Assembly (NCBI GenBank): GCA_041671325.1
Contig: JBAZBR010000004.1
Span: forward strand, 4,004-68,003
DNA: 64,000 nucleotides
Direction of reading: 5' to 3'
DNA from: Patescibacteria group bacterium
Lineage (GTDB): Bacteria; Patescibacteriota; Patescibacteriia; PEXW01
Positions 17,801 through 27,333 of this stretch are shown one piece after another. The number at the start of each line of letters is the position of its first letter. Position 1 is the first letter of the stretch. Under the pieces are notes generated by a model, which saw only the letters and a program-made list of their open reading frames with translations, made no database searches and was not told where the DNA came from. Both the position numbers and the translations under genes were made by a program.

Positions 17801-19831
17801 GTCAAGACTTTGGTGAATTTAAGCGCCATTGATGAGGCTATAACCGCCATTCAAATCGATAATACGCCAACACCCTTGGAAACTTTGTATACTTTTTTAC
17901 CCGATGGGTTGATTGAACAGTACGCCAGCCACTTGCCTACGAAATTGGAAACAATGGCTGAAGGCGGCGGGGGCGGTGATGGCGCCAGGAAAAACTTTAA
18001 AGATGCGGTTTTATTCACGGAAGTGGAAACTAATGCCGCTGGCCAAGCAGAGGTGGAATTTTCACTGCCGGACAACATTACTTCTTGGCGGATAACCGCC
18101 CAAGGCGTGACACAAGATTTATCTGCCGGGCAAAATTCCATCAAACTGCCAGTAACTAAGGCCATATTTGGGGTTTTGACCATGAGCGAAGAGTATGTGG
18201 TTGATGATCAGCCGGTGGTAGTAGCCGGAGCTTATGGTTCAGGTTTGAATGTTGACAGCGACATCAGTTTTAAACTTGAGGTACCAGGTTTAGGCGAGTC
18301 GCAAACCAAGACAGCCAAGGCCTTTACTTTGCAGAAGTTTGTTTTACCGAAATTTCAGGTCGGGGATCAGGAAATAATACTGACGGTTAAATCAGGCGAA
18401 CAAAGCGATGTTTTAAGTCGGAAATTTAAAGTCTTGAGCTCCAGGCTGACTAAAGCCGCCAATGAATTTTTGGAAGCCAAGCCCGGTTTGACCATTACTG
18501 GTTCAGATGTCGACAGGACTACCCTAGTCTTTAGTGATTTGGAGAGGGGACGGTTGATATCATCTTTATATGGTTTGCGTTGGGCTTATGGCAAAAGATT
18601 GGAAACCCATTTGTCAGCCAATATAGCCAAAGACTTACTGACACAACTTGGCATTCAAGGGATTGATTCAAATAAAGACCCTAATTTTTTCCTGAGTTTC
18701 CAGCAAGAAGACGGCGGTATTAGCCAAATAAATTATGGGAGTTCAAGTTTGACTTTAAGTGCTTATGCGGCCGGTGCTTCTGATGTATTTGATAAGGTGA
18801 AGTTACGCCAATATTTTGTGAACAAACTTGAACAGAAGAATGCTTCTACCGAGCAAATTGGCTTGGCGCTCTTGGGCTTGGCCAACCTCAATGAACCGGT
18901 TTTACCGGACATTGATAGTTTTTTAAATCTTAATAATCTTGATGCTGAAGACCAGCTGACTGCCGCTTTAGCGTATTATGCTTTAGGCAGTTATGAAAAA
19001 ACTGCTGGAATTATGGTGGAATTATTCAAGAAGTACGGGGTGGTAGAAAAGCCTTTTGCCAAATTAAACCTTGGCGGAAGCAATGACAGTAAAATCGTCA
19101 ATACAGCCAGGTTCTATATTCTGGCTGAAGGCTTGAAATACGAGCAAAGAGCAGGTTTAAGCAAGTATTTAGCCAATAATTTTCCCAAAGACACCATAAC
19201 TAATCTGGAAAGAGTTTTAGCCATTAAAGCCGCAGTCCCACTCTTGAATGACCAAAGCGTTAGTTTGGATAATTCGGTAAATAGCCAAGTTACTTCCATC
19301 CAGCTAAAAAATTCAGAAACCAAGACTATCTCTCTAACACCGGCAGAATTAAAAACTTTCAAGGTAGTCAGTTACCAGGGCTTGGTGGGCATTGCCGTCA
19401 GCTCCTTAACGCCAATTGATATTAATGCAGAAAAAAAGGACGACCGGTTAAGTTTGGACCGGACATACTTCAATATCACGGATTGGGGCAAGGCAATTAA
19501 GCAGGGTGATATTGTCAGGATTGACCTCAAACCAAAACTGAAAGGCAATATAATTGATACCACCTACTTTGTCATTGACGAATTGCCATCGGGTTTAGTG
19601 CTGTTAACCAATCCTTGGCAAAGGGGGATTGCCTATGATAATAATCAGGGCTATCCCTTGGAAATCGACGGTCAGCGCCTGACTTTTTACAGCAATGCCC
19701 AGCGCGCTTTCCATTATTATGCCCGGGTTTTGACGCCTGGTGGGTATGCGGCAGAACCAGCACTGATCCAAGGCCAGAACAGCCGAGAAATAATTAATTA
19801 TTCCGGTGCGCAAACTTTGGAAATTAAATAG
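14879..19831 (+). CDS. Alpha-2-macroglobulin family protein with N-terminal Ig-like domains
   Basis: TDRTLYRPDDTV (MG2), AIDEA, RKNFKD, FSLPDNITSWRITA, FQQEDGG, DELPSG. Confidence 0.9.
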   Translation: MALRLWSSKPIRAWLFSVCAIALILVGLGAYFKFFYQPAKTGPQAFDKVVIPADAKLGQFFLQPTKADALGVETDTAFTLKSSIPIQKKDIEVSLSILPKVDLAIASVSDKEFTITPKEKLAAGSVYKISLGTTVKSDTGSEKQIFSWAYQPKESLEIDGTLPKNKATGVPLNTGIEVTFNTDKVKDFEKNITFSPALEGRFEKHGRVVAFVPKERLRPSTLYSVVVAKGLPINGSSVSLASDFIFKFETAGTDDNNGYSYPDFFDPSFHAVKPGEAPVIESNNTIGDLTSSKAVVYKFKDNAELVERLKPLDEIPEWAYWSRKQALIKLEGLHKIGEYTPTVEIHDYQRFIRMPNGFDARYYVMDLTLNKQRLQTVVAVSEIGAAMYASRQEAVLWVQDLKTKEPLVGGSVKNLESSEEKIIDKDGLAKLKTPSAVTGGNDSLATRSYFSVTAKDGRNLIVPIAQNFYGSWMNYGMGWRSSNPDYWAYVSTDRTLYRPDDTVNVWGVVRDRQATNFTDQEVKMEIWTWNYVDGNSDYIPLVTETVKTGEYGNYIKSIKLDHLTSGSYTLSVKNSNNEIIASKYFEVRTFAKPAYQILVTPDKLAGFDGEEITYSIQTQFFDGTPAPNIKLAYSDYGQAGEAGTKIITDAQGKASVKVTINAKDPKNIQYIHKSFFPQDAAEGDIVADTDVIGYPSAVTFDPTGQFEGNNAKISLTLSTIDTSKVNTTWYYMQDIKGVIVPNSEITGTVYEQITKKTKRGEEYNFIEKTVVDLYDYTTTDEKREDFSGLTNDKGIFEKEFNLTGTQYRIDITAKDQNGRKVTRSVYLYKDGYHEYSQNNDYMVTDAQDLADANGVSKKYNIGETTEIRLIKNGQPVKGKGPFLFIKMQNGIKEVSVKDVSTFKYVFKAEDAPNISFSAAYFNGSSFILTNYSANLVFNEQSRALNLKLEPGQATYAPGDKAKLKVTVTNKQNQPVKTLVNLSAIDEAITAIQIDNTPTPLETLYTFLPDGLIEQYASHLPTKLETMAEGGGGGDGARKNFKDAVLFTEVETNAAGQAEVEFSLPDNITSWRITAQGVTQDLSAGQNSIKLPVTKAIFGVLTMSEEYVVDDQPVVVAGAYGSGLNVDSDISFKLEVPGLGESQTKTAKAFTLQKFVLPKFQVGDQEIILTVKSGEQSDVLSRKFKVLSSRLTKAANEFLEAKPGLTITGSDVDRTTLVFSDLERGRLISSLYGLRWAYGKRLETHLSANIAKDLLTQLGIQGIDSNKDPNFFLSFQQEDGGISQINYGSSSLTLSAYAAGASDVFDKVKLRQYFVNKLEQKNASTEQIGLALLGLANLNEPVLPDIDSFLNLNNLDAEDQLTAALAYYALGSYEKTAGIMVELFKKYGVVEKPFAKLNLGGSNDSKIVNTARFYILAEGLKYEQRAGLSKYLANNFPKDTITNLERVLAIKAAVPLLNDQSVSLDNSVNSQVTSIQLKNSETKTISLTPAELKTFKVVSYQGLVGIAVSSLTPIDINAEKKDDRLSLDRTYFNITDWGKAIKQGDIVRIDLKPKLKGNIIDTTYFVIDELPSGLVLLTNPWQRGIAYDNNQGYPLEIDGQRLTFYSNAQRAFHYYARVLTPGGYAAEPALIQGQNSREIINYSGAQTLEIK

Positions 19832-20669
19832 CTTAATACTCCTAATCATCATCGCTGCGCTAGCCATAAGCTGGCGCAGCTTTGGGCACTCGAAAAAATC
19901 TTCTTTAAGTTCAAAGATACTTGAAGAAATTACTTTGGCCCAGGTGGAAAGCGCCTATTCAGCTGGCCAAGAGTCAAAAGTGGTTAATGGCGCCAAAGCT
20001 GCGGTGCTGCCGCACCACCTTTTAGCTGATTATCTGATTGGCAGGCTAATTGGCAGTTTAAGAACCGCACAACCAACAACTATTATAATCATGGGCCCAG
20101 ATCACCAGAATAAAAGTTTAACAGAATTTTCAATCAGTGATGCCAATTGGCACTGGCAAAACCAGATTTTTGAAGTTAATAAGAAAATAGTTGATGATTT
20201 AAAAACCCTTAGCTCGGTAACGATAGATAATGAGCTGATTAAAAATGAGCATTCGGTTTTAACGCCCTTGCCCTTTTTAAAAAAACAATTTCCCAATTCA
20301 AATTTTGTGATACTAGCCGTAAAAAGTGGATTTGGTTTGGCCCAAATCCAAGAAATTGCAAATGTCCTAAACAAAACCTTAACTGAAAACGATTTAGTTA
20401 TTGCCAGCGTGGATTTTTCCCATTACCAGAATTTCCAAATCGCAAACCTTGAAGATGAAAAAAGCCTAAAACTCCTGGAAAAGATGATCCCCGTGGAGTT
20501 AAAAGATGTTTCCGCTGATTCTCCAACTTCGCTAGCCATTGTAATGGAATTTGCCAAACTTCGGAGCGCCAAGGGTTTGGAAATAATTGACCATAAAAAT
20601 TCCGCAGAAATATCAGGTAATCTCGCCTCCCAATCCACTACCAGTTATTTGGATTTTGTATTTTATTAA
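19806..20669 (+). CDS. MEMO1/AmmeMemoRadiSam protein B-like
   Basis: LPHH, GPDH, EHS, ASVDFSHY, TTSY motifs; N-terminal TM. Confidence 0.85.
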   Translation: MRKLWKLNSLILLIIIAALAISWRSFGHSKKSSLSSKILEEITLAQVESAYSAGQESKVVNGAKAAVLPHHLLADYLIGRLIGSLRTAQPTTIIIMGPDHQNKSLTEFSISDANWHWQNQIFEVNKKIVDDLKTLSSVTIDNELIKNEHSVLTPLPFLKKQFPNSNFVILAVKSGFGLAQIQEIANVLNKTLTENDLVIASVDFSHYQNFQIANLEDEKSLKLLEKMIPVELKDVSADSPTSLAIVMEFAKLRSAKGLEIIDHKNSAEISGNLASQSTTSYLDFVFY

Positions 20670-20731
20670 AGTGATTTGTCACTCAATTTTATTAATATAA
20701 TTACCTCCCCTTGCATCCCCTCCTTCTTATT

Positions 20732-20884
20732 TGTCATCCCGAGCCTTGCCGACCTGCCCGCCGAACTAGCATGGTCCAGCCTTCGCAGCCGCTTCGGCGG
20801 AGTAGGCCAGGCGGGGGGATCCCGATAAGATAACCCGAGATTCCCCCACTCGCCCTCGAAGACTCGGGCTCGATCGGAATGACA
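20732..20884. repeat. TGTCAT...ATGACA REP-like element with nested insert (20753-20815)
   Basis: tgtcatcccgag ... tcggaatgaca; immediately upstream of GIY-YIG gene. Confidence 0.75.
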
Positions 20885-20895
20885 GAAGGATCATA

Positions 20896-21195
20896 ATGAC
20901 ACGTAATAATACGAGAAAGCACAAATATTATGTTTATATGATGGCAAGCAAGAGTGGCGTGTTGTATATTGGCGTAACAAATAGTTTGATACACAGAGTT
21001 CTTGAACATAAAAACGGTTTGGTCGAAGGATTTACTAAAAAGTATAAATGCCAAAAACTGGTTTACTATGAAGAAACCGATGATATTAGTGCGGCAATCG
21101 CCAGAGAGAAACAATTAAAAAAATGGCGAAGAGAAAAGAAAGTTAAATTGATAGATACAATTAATCCGGGTTGGAAAGATTTAAGCGAGGAATAA
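20896..21195 (+). CDS. GIY-YIG family nuclease
   Basis: YYVYMM..KSGVLYIGVTN.L..RV.EHK...AIAREKQLKKWRR. Confidence 0.93.
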   Translation: MTRNNTRKHKYYVYMMASKSGVLYIGVTNSLIHRVLEHKNGLVEGFTKKYKCQKLVYYEETDDISAAIAREKQLKKWRREKKVKLIDTINPGWKDLSEE

Positions 21196-21202
21196 TTTCC
21201 TT

Positions 21203-21303
21203 TGTCATTTCGAGCGAAGCGTAGCGGAGCCGAGAAATCTAATTATCTCTAAAGGAGATTCCTCCGCTACAGTCGCCTTTGGCTCCTTCCGGTCGGAATG
21301 ACA
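21203..21303. repeat. TGTCAT...ATGACA REP-like element
   Basis: tgtcatttcgagcg...gtcggaatgaca downstream of GIY-YIG gene. Confidence 0.75.
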
Positions 21304-21353
21304 AGATGATCGCCTGAGATGACAATTAGTTTAAGATATGGCAAAGTAAAATT

Positions 21354-22139
21354 ATGTCCATCGTCATCCTCCAATACAACCGAACTAAAAGGATCATCCA
21401 AATATTAGCACTATTGGTGGTTATTGTTATTGTTTATTTGTTTGTGTTTATTAGGTTTTATGCAAACACGGCCAACGAAAACAACTGGTTTAATAATCAT
21501 TTTCGAACCAGCTTGGCCAAGCATGATTTTTGGCGTTCGGTTTTTAATTTGCACCGTGATGGCGATGGGCAGGCTGCATATCTGGCTAAAAACAAATTAG
21601 CCGTGGTTATTTACACTACTGAAGATAATCAGATCTCGGCGGAGGTGAAAAATAATCTGGAGAAGGAGATAAAAAATATTTTGCCTAACTTATTGGAGGT
21701 GAAGTATTATGACGGCCAGCAACTGAATTTGGATAAGGCCAGCTATATGCGAAAAGATGTCAGGGATTTTGTGGCTGAGTTGTCGAAGAAAAAAGCGCAA
21801 ACCGATACCGCGCTTTTGAATGTCTTTATATTAAATCGTTCAGAAGAATATCCCGGCAATATTGGGTTAACCAATACAGACAATGGTGTAGTTATTTTTT
21901 GGGAGACGATTAAAGATTTGACCGCGGAAAATCCCAGCACTTTTGAGACTTATGTCAGCTCAACCATCTTGCACGAATTTGGCCACCAACTTGGTTTAAA
22001 CCACCTGGATGATCCAAGCTGTATCATGTCTTCAAGCGTGGAAAATCCAGGGACAAATACGGTTGGAAATTACTGGCCAGTAACCAGTTATTGCCAGCAG
22101 GAAAAAGCTTTAATTACCGTTAAGTTAAAAGTTGAGTAA
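21354..22139 (+). CDS. Metzincin-like zinc metalloprotease, membrane anchored
   Basis: HEFGHQLGLNH and Met-turn CIMS. Confidence 0.88.
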   Translation: MSIVILQYNRTKRIIQILALLVVIVIVYLFVFIRFYANTANENNWFNNHFRTSLAKHDFWRSVFNLHRDGDGQAAYLAKNKLAVVIYTTEDNQISAEVKNNLEKEIKNILPNLLEVKYYDGQQLNLDKASYMRKDVRDFVAELSKKKAQTDTALLNVFILNRSEEYPGNIGLTNTDNGVVIFWETIKDLTAENPSTFETYVSSTILHEFGHQLGLNHLDDPSCIMSSSVENPGTNTVGNYWPVTSYCQQEKALITVKLKVE

Positions 22140-22223
22140 GTCAATTGTATTTGACACCCTTAATAGAGTATGTGAAGATATCTTGAAATAAACAAAGTTC
22201 ACGAAAAATTAAGGAGTTGAGAC

Positions 22224-22949
22224 GTGAATAGTTCAATTAAGCAATTTTATGATACTGGTGCAGCACAGTATAATTTTTTTGAGGCTGCGCTTGATTTGCC
22301 TACTTGCCCATACCCTGGTTTAGCCTTATTACGTCACGGTGAGCGAGCGTTCTTATCCAGTATAGCTAGAGGAAGCCGGGTTCTATATGTGGGCGCTGGT
22401 ACAGGCAGGCATATCCTTGCCCTTGCCAAGGATGGTTGCCGTGTAACTGGCGTGGAATTTTCTGCCGAAATGATCAACATTTGCCAGAAGAATCTCAGAG
22501 AAGGAACTGTTTATAGCGAGATTAAACCGACTACTAGTGGGCGTTTGGAGTATGGATTTAGTCCCGGAGATTCGCAAAGCGTAATTTTGTTGCAAGCAGA
22601 CATTAACGACCTCATTTTTCCGGACAACTTCTTTGATCATGCTTTTTGTTATTGCACCTTGCCGCTGATGGGGAGTGATGTCTGGCCACAAACATTGTCA
22701 AAAGTATTGAATAGTGCCAAAAAAAGTCGCATCTCAATTTATAACGAGCATGGCTTACATATTTTGGCTGAAGCCTATTCGCATTTTCGTCTGGGCGAAA
22801 TTACTAGTGTTATTCCCTTAAGGACCAAGAGTGGCTTTGAATATATTTCAATTTCTGATTCAAGCTTCAAGCTTGCAGTGCAGAAGCTTGGTTTTCAGTG
22901 TAAGGGACTAAGTTTGCCAACCGGTCGGATTTACACCTGCTTCAAATAA
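22224..22949 (+). CDS. Class I SAM-dependent methyltransferase
   Basis: VLYVGAGTGRH...VTGVEFSAEM. Confidence 0.85.
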   Translation: MNSSIKQFYDTGAAQYNFFEAALDLPTCPYPGLALLRHGERAFLSSIARGSRVLYVGAGTGRHILALAKDGCRVTGVEFSAEMINICQKNLREGTVYSEIKPTTSGRLEYGFSPGDSQSVILLQADINDLIFPDNFFDHAFCYCTLPLMGSDVWPQTLSKVLNSAKKSRISIYNEHGLHILAEAYSHFRLGEITSVIPLRTKSGFEYISISDSSFKLAVQKLGFQCKGLSLPTGRIYTCFK

Positions 22950-23117
22950 CTTTGAACAGTATTGTTCAACAACCTTGAGAGGTTCACTAGCGTGGACCTC
23001 TTTTTATTAATGCAAGCCCAGACTTCAATTTGGAAGACCGGGGTTTTATATTTGCCAAAAAACCAGGAAAGGAGTAAAAAGAGCTCAGTTCGTTGACAAA
23101 AAGAGAAAGGATAGGCA

Positions 23118-24020
23118 ATGGAAAAAATAAGAATGTTGGAACGCGAGAGTATACCGTGCTGGTATGAGGCGGGCTTCCAAACAGAACCCTTGGCAGTCTT
23201 GATTCGCATAGCTGAGGAAATAATCCCGACGCTTCCCATAATTTCCCAAGAAAATCTCATGGTTAAGAGTTTCCTTAGTTGCAAATGGGGATTTAAGAAA
23301 TTCGAGCCAGATTACGCAGGCAACTTTGGGTTCGATAATAGTCTCCAATACAAGGGGTGCGAGAATGGTTTCGTGGTTTTGGAATGCCAAATCCCGCGTA
23401 TCTGGGAATTAACCGACCTATGTTGTGAACATTGCAAAGGTACTGGCAAAGAAGATTATTTTGGCGAAGAACGCAAATGTCTCTATTGTCGAGGACATGG
23501 TAAAGCTTTTAAAATGGATTGGCAGAAAGCCTATGCAATTTCAGCAACTTTATCCACTTTGTTTTCGATGCTTCAATTTCCAGATGCAGAAACGCATCAT
23601 GCTATCCCGCAGTTGATGGTGCATTGTTTTAATGTTTCCCGTGGGTTGCACGGCGGATCTTTGGGTGGTAATTTCAGTATTGAATTCACTGAGTGGCTTT
23701 TGTCATTCGGCCATGGCGGGGACATTCCTATCCCTGAAGTTGAAGAGGCAATGCAACAGGTGTATGCGAGATTGTTTGGCCACCTTGATAAGTATGAAAA
23801 GTACGATTTTCGTTCTTGGATTAGGGATGGCGGCCTGGTAACAAGCTGTCCAGGTAATGCCTGCGGGCTTCATCCGGAGTCATGGGGTTCGATCACGCCC
23901 AAGCATGGATATAATTACGCTTGCCACAATGTTGATACATCCGCTCAGCAACTCACGCTTTTTGCCGGGCTTTGCTATTTGCACGATCGCGCAAGGCGCG
24001 AACTTCAAAGCGCGAAATAA
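23118..24020 (+). CDS. Hypothetical protein with CxxCxGxG zinc-finger repeats
   Basis: CEHCKGTG and CLYCRGHG. Confidence 0.75.
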   Translation: MEKIRMLERESIPCWYEAGFQTEPLAVLIRIAEEIIPTLPIISQENLMVKSFLSCKWGFKKFEPDYAGNFGFDNSLQYKGCENGFVVLECQIPRIWELTDLCCEHCKGTGKEDYFGEERKCLYCRGHGKAFKMDWQKAYAISATLSTLFSMLQFPDAETHHAIPQLMVHCFNVSRGLHGGSLGGNFSIEFTEWLLSFGHGGDIPIPEVEEAMQQVYARLFGHLDKYEKYDFRSWIRDGGLVTSCPGNACGLHPESWGSITPKHGYNYACHNVDTSAQQLTLFAGLCYLHDRARRELQSAK

Positions 24021-24108
24021 CGACAACTTGATCATTTTTTGAAAACCCCGATTGAAAACCGGGGTTTTTCTTATTGCCACCTCTCAAATCCCAAGGTAAT
24101 CTACAAGC

Positions 24109-26865
24109 ATGAGTTCGCCCAAAGTCTTGCTAGTTGATGGCAATGCCATTATCCACCGCAGTTTTCACGCCCTGCCGCCTTTGACCACCAAAGACGGGAC
24201 CATGGTCAATGCGGTTTATGGTTTTGCCACCGCCTTATTAAAAGCCCTCAAGGAAATCCGGCCCACGCACGTGGCCGTGGCTTTTGACAAGAAAGGCCCG
24301 ACTTTTCGGGATGAATTATATGAACAATACAAAGCCACGCGGGTGGCCGCGGCGCAGGAACTTTATGACCAAATCCCTTTGGCTCATGAATTAGTGGCGG
24401 CTTTTAATTTTCCCGTGGTGGAAGCAGATGGCGTAGAAGCTGATGATGTCATTGGTACTTTGGCGCATAGATTAACTAAAGAAGGGGATCGGGTGGTGAT
24501 TTTAACTGGTGATATGGATACCATGCAATTAGTTTCTGACAAAGTTTCAGTTTTTTCCTTAAGGAAAGGTTTGTCTGACACGGTTTTGTACACGCCCAAG
24601 GAAGTAAAGGACCGTTATAGTTTTGGTCCGGAAAAGATTATTGATTACAAAGCTTTGCGAGGCGATCCATCGGATAATATTCCCGGCGTGAAAGGCGTGG
24701 GCGAAAAGACGGCCACGGATTTAATCTTGCAATTCCAAAGTATTGATAACATGTACCGGATTTTGGAACACCAGCCTAATAAAGCCAAAGGTTTGTCGGA
24801 AAAATTGAAATTAAAATTAATGGAAGAAAAGGAGCAGGCCTATTTAAGCAAAAAATTGTCGACCATCAAGTTGGATGTACCAATTCATTTTGATATTGGA
24901 GTGGCGAAAGTGAAAAACGCTGATGCCCAAAAACTCCATGACTTATTCGTAAAATGGGAATTCAAAAGCCTGGTGGGTAAAATTACCCAATTAGTAAATG
25001 AACCTGAAGAAGCTTTGGCTGAAGTCAGCCAGAAGTCGGCTGACCAAGGAGTTTTGATTGCTAAAGCTAAAGAAAAAGTTGATTACCAGTTAATTGATTC
25101 AGAAAAAGCTTTTCAGAAATTTTTAAGGGAAGCAGAAAAACAGGAATTTTTTGTCCTGGATACGGAAACCACCAGCTTGAATGTTTTTGAGGCTAAATTA
25201 CTAGGTATTAGTTTTGCCTGGGAACCGAAAAAAGCATTTTATGTGCCGGTGGAGAACAAAAAATGGTTGGCCGCACTTAAACCAATTTTGGAAAATGCAG
25301 AAATCCAGAAATGGGGGCATAATTTAAAATATGATGCTAAGGTTTTGGATCTGGCTGGCATTAAATTAGCTAACCAGAATTTTGATTCCATGATTGCTTC
25401 CTATTTATTAAATGCTGGTTCGCGCAGCCATGATTTGGACACCTTGGCTTTTAATGAGTTTGGGCACCAGATGATTCCTATTGAAAACTTGATCGGCAAA
25501 AAGGGTAAAGACCAATTAAATATGGGCCAGGTTCAAGTTGCAAAAATTTCCGAATATTCTTGTGAGGATGCAGATTATACCTTGCGTTTAGCCAAGAAGT
25601 TTTCACCCCAACTGGAACAGCAAAAATTGCTGAAATTATTTAAGGAAATTGAAATGCCTTTAATCCCAGTTTTGGAAAAGTTGGAATTGAACGGGGTTAA
25701 AGTGGACAAAGCCTTTTTAAAGCAATTAAGCATCAAATTGACCAAAACTCTTAATCAATTGGGAGCCAAGATTAAAAAATTTGGTGGGGAGGATTTGAAT
25801 GTGAACTCGCCCAAACAATTAAAAGAAGTTTTGTTCACCAAGTTAAAATTGTCAGTCCAAGGCATCAAAAAAACCAAAACTGGCATTTCCACGGCCGCGG
25901 GTGAATTGGAAAAACTCCAAGGCCTACACCCGATCATTGATTTGATTTTGGAACATCGGGAATTACAAAAGTTATTATCCACTTATATTGATGCTTTGCC
26001 GGTCTTAATCCAGAAACAAACTGGCCGCGTGCACACGGATTTTAACCAGACCATAACAGCCACTGGCCGGTTATCAAGTTCTAATCCGAATTTTCAAAAT
26101 TTGCCCATTCGCACAGAATTAGGTCGTTTCATCCGCCAGGCCATTATTGCGGAAAAAGGTTTTAAACTGATTTCCGCGGATTACTCGCAAATTGAGTTGC
26201 GGATTGTGGCCAGCTTGGCCAATGAAAAGCAGATGATTGAAGCTTTTGAAAATGGCGCAGATATCCATCGGGCTACGGCCGCGGATATTTTTGGTATTCC
26301 TCCGGAAAAAATCACTGATGATCAAAGAGACGCAGCTAAAGAAGTTAATTTTGGGGTTTTATATGGCATGGGTGTTTGGGGCTTGGCTAGTCGCAAGAAG
26401 ATTTCTACAGAAAAAGCCCGGGATTTTATTGATCGGTATTTCGCCTCGCGGCCAAATGTCCAGAAATTCTTGGAAGAGACTAAAGAGCAAGCCAGAAGAA
26501 AAGGCTATGTGGAAACCTTATTTGGCCGGAAAAGATTTATGCCGGAAATGAATTCGTCAATGGGCCAAGTGCGGGCCGCGGCCGAAAGAATGGCCATTAA
26601 TTTTCCCATCCAAGGCACGGCCGCGGACTTGTTAAAACTGGCCATGATTGAAGTGGATAAGGGTTTAGCCGCCATCAGTCCAAAAACCAAAATGATCTTG
26701 ACTGTGCATGACGAATTGGTTTTTGAAACGCCAACTGCAGATGTTGAAAAAGTCGCCAAGTTTGTGCAAGAAATCATGGATGATGTTTACACATTAAAAG
26801 TTCCAATTATGGTTGAAGTTAAAGTCGGGGATAATTGGGAGGAGATGGAGAAAGTAAGTTTTTAG
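24109..26865 (+). CDS. polA: DNA polymerase I
   Basis: 5'-3' exo (EADDVIGTL, GDPSDNIPGV), 3'-5' exo DTET, motifs ADYSQIELR and VHDELV. Confidence 0.98.
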   Translation: MSSPKVLLVDGNAIIHRSFHALPPLTTKDGTMVNAVYGFATALLKALKEIRPTHVAVAFDKKGPTFRDELYEQYKATRVAAAQELYDQIPLAHELVAAFNFPVVEADGVEADDVIGTLAHRLTKEGDRVVILTGDMDTMQLVSDKVSVFSLRKGLSDTVLYTPKEVKDRYSFGPEKIIDYKALRGDPSDNIPGVKGVGEKTATDLILQFQSIDNMYRILEHQPNKAKGLSEKLKLKLMEEKEQAYLSKKLSTIKLDVPIHFDIGVAKVKNADAQKLHDLFVKWEFKSLVGKITQLVNEPEEALAEVSQKSADQGVLIAKAKEKVDYQLIDSEKAFQKFLREAEKQEFFVLDTETTSLNVFEAKLLGISFAWEPKKAFYVPVENKKWLAALKPILENAEIQKWGHNLKYDAKVLDLAGIKLANQNFDSMIASYLLNAGSRSHDLDTLAFNEFGHQMIPIENLIGKKGKDQLNMGQVQVAKISEYSCEDADYTLRLAKKFSPQLEQQKLLKLFKEIEMPLIPVLEKLELNGVKVDKAFLKQLSIKLTKTLNQLGAKIKKFGGEDLNVNSPKQLKEVLFTKLKLSVQGIKKTKTGISTAAGELEKLQGLHPIIDLILEHRELQKLLSTYIDALPVLIQKQTGRVHTDFNQTITATGRLSSSNPNFQNLPIRTELGRFIRQAIIAEKGFKLISADYSQIELRIVASLANEKQMIEAFENGADIHRATAADIFGIPPEKITDDQRDAAKEVNFGVLYGMGVWGLASRKKISTEKARDFIDRYFASRPNVQKFLEETKEQARRKGYVETLFGRKRFMPEMNSSMGQVRAAAERMAINFPIQGTAADLLKLAMIEVDKGLAAISPKTKMILTVHDELVFETPTADVEKVAKFVQEIMDDVYTLKVPIMVEVKVGDNWEEMEKVSF

Positions 26866-26869
26866 TAGT

Positions 26870-27209
26870 CCCTCTCCCTCTGGGAGAGGGTGCCGGAGGC
26901 GGTGGTGCCTGCCCGCCGTACTTCGTCTGGCGAAGGCAGGCGGGAGGGTTACTCGGAAATACAAATTATATCGTGAACCTCACCCCAGCCCTCTCCTATA
27001 TAGGAGAGGGGGATTTTAATTACGTCATTGCGACCCCGACGTAAGTCAGGGGAAGCAATTTTTTGGATTTGTCATCCTGAATCAACCAAATGGCGGATGA
27101 AGGATCTTTATAAATATTGTATTTATGAGGATTCTCCCGCCTACCTCGCCAAGGCGAGTTCAGTGGGCAGGTCGTCGTCCGACGTACGTCGGAACTCCTC
27201 AGAATGACA
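26870..27209. repeat. Cluster of palindromic repeats (CCCTCTCC-type, TGTCAT-type, nested CCTGCC-type)
   Basis: ccctctccc/gggagaggg, cgtcattgcg, tgtcatcctga...agaatgaca; inserts at 26908-26944 and 27136-27171. Confidence 0.75.
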
Positions 27210-27333
27210 GAAAAAGAAAAAGGCGAACCACCCGGTTCGCCTCAAATGTATATTCGCATCTTGACACTAGGCGTGGCTGGTTTAGGATTGGAGCATAGGT
27301 ATTTTTCTGATTTCGTAATTAACTTTTAAATAT

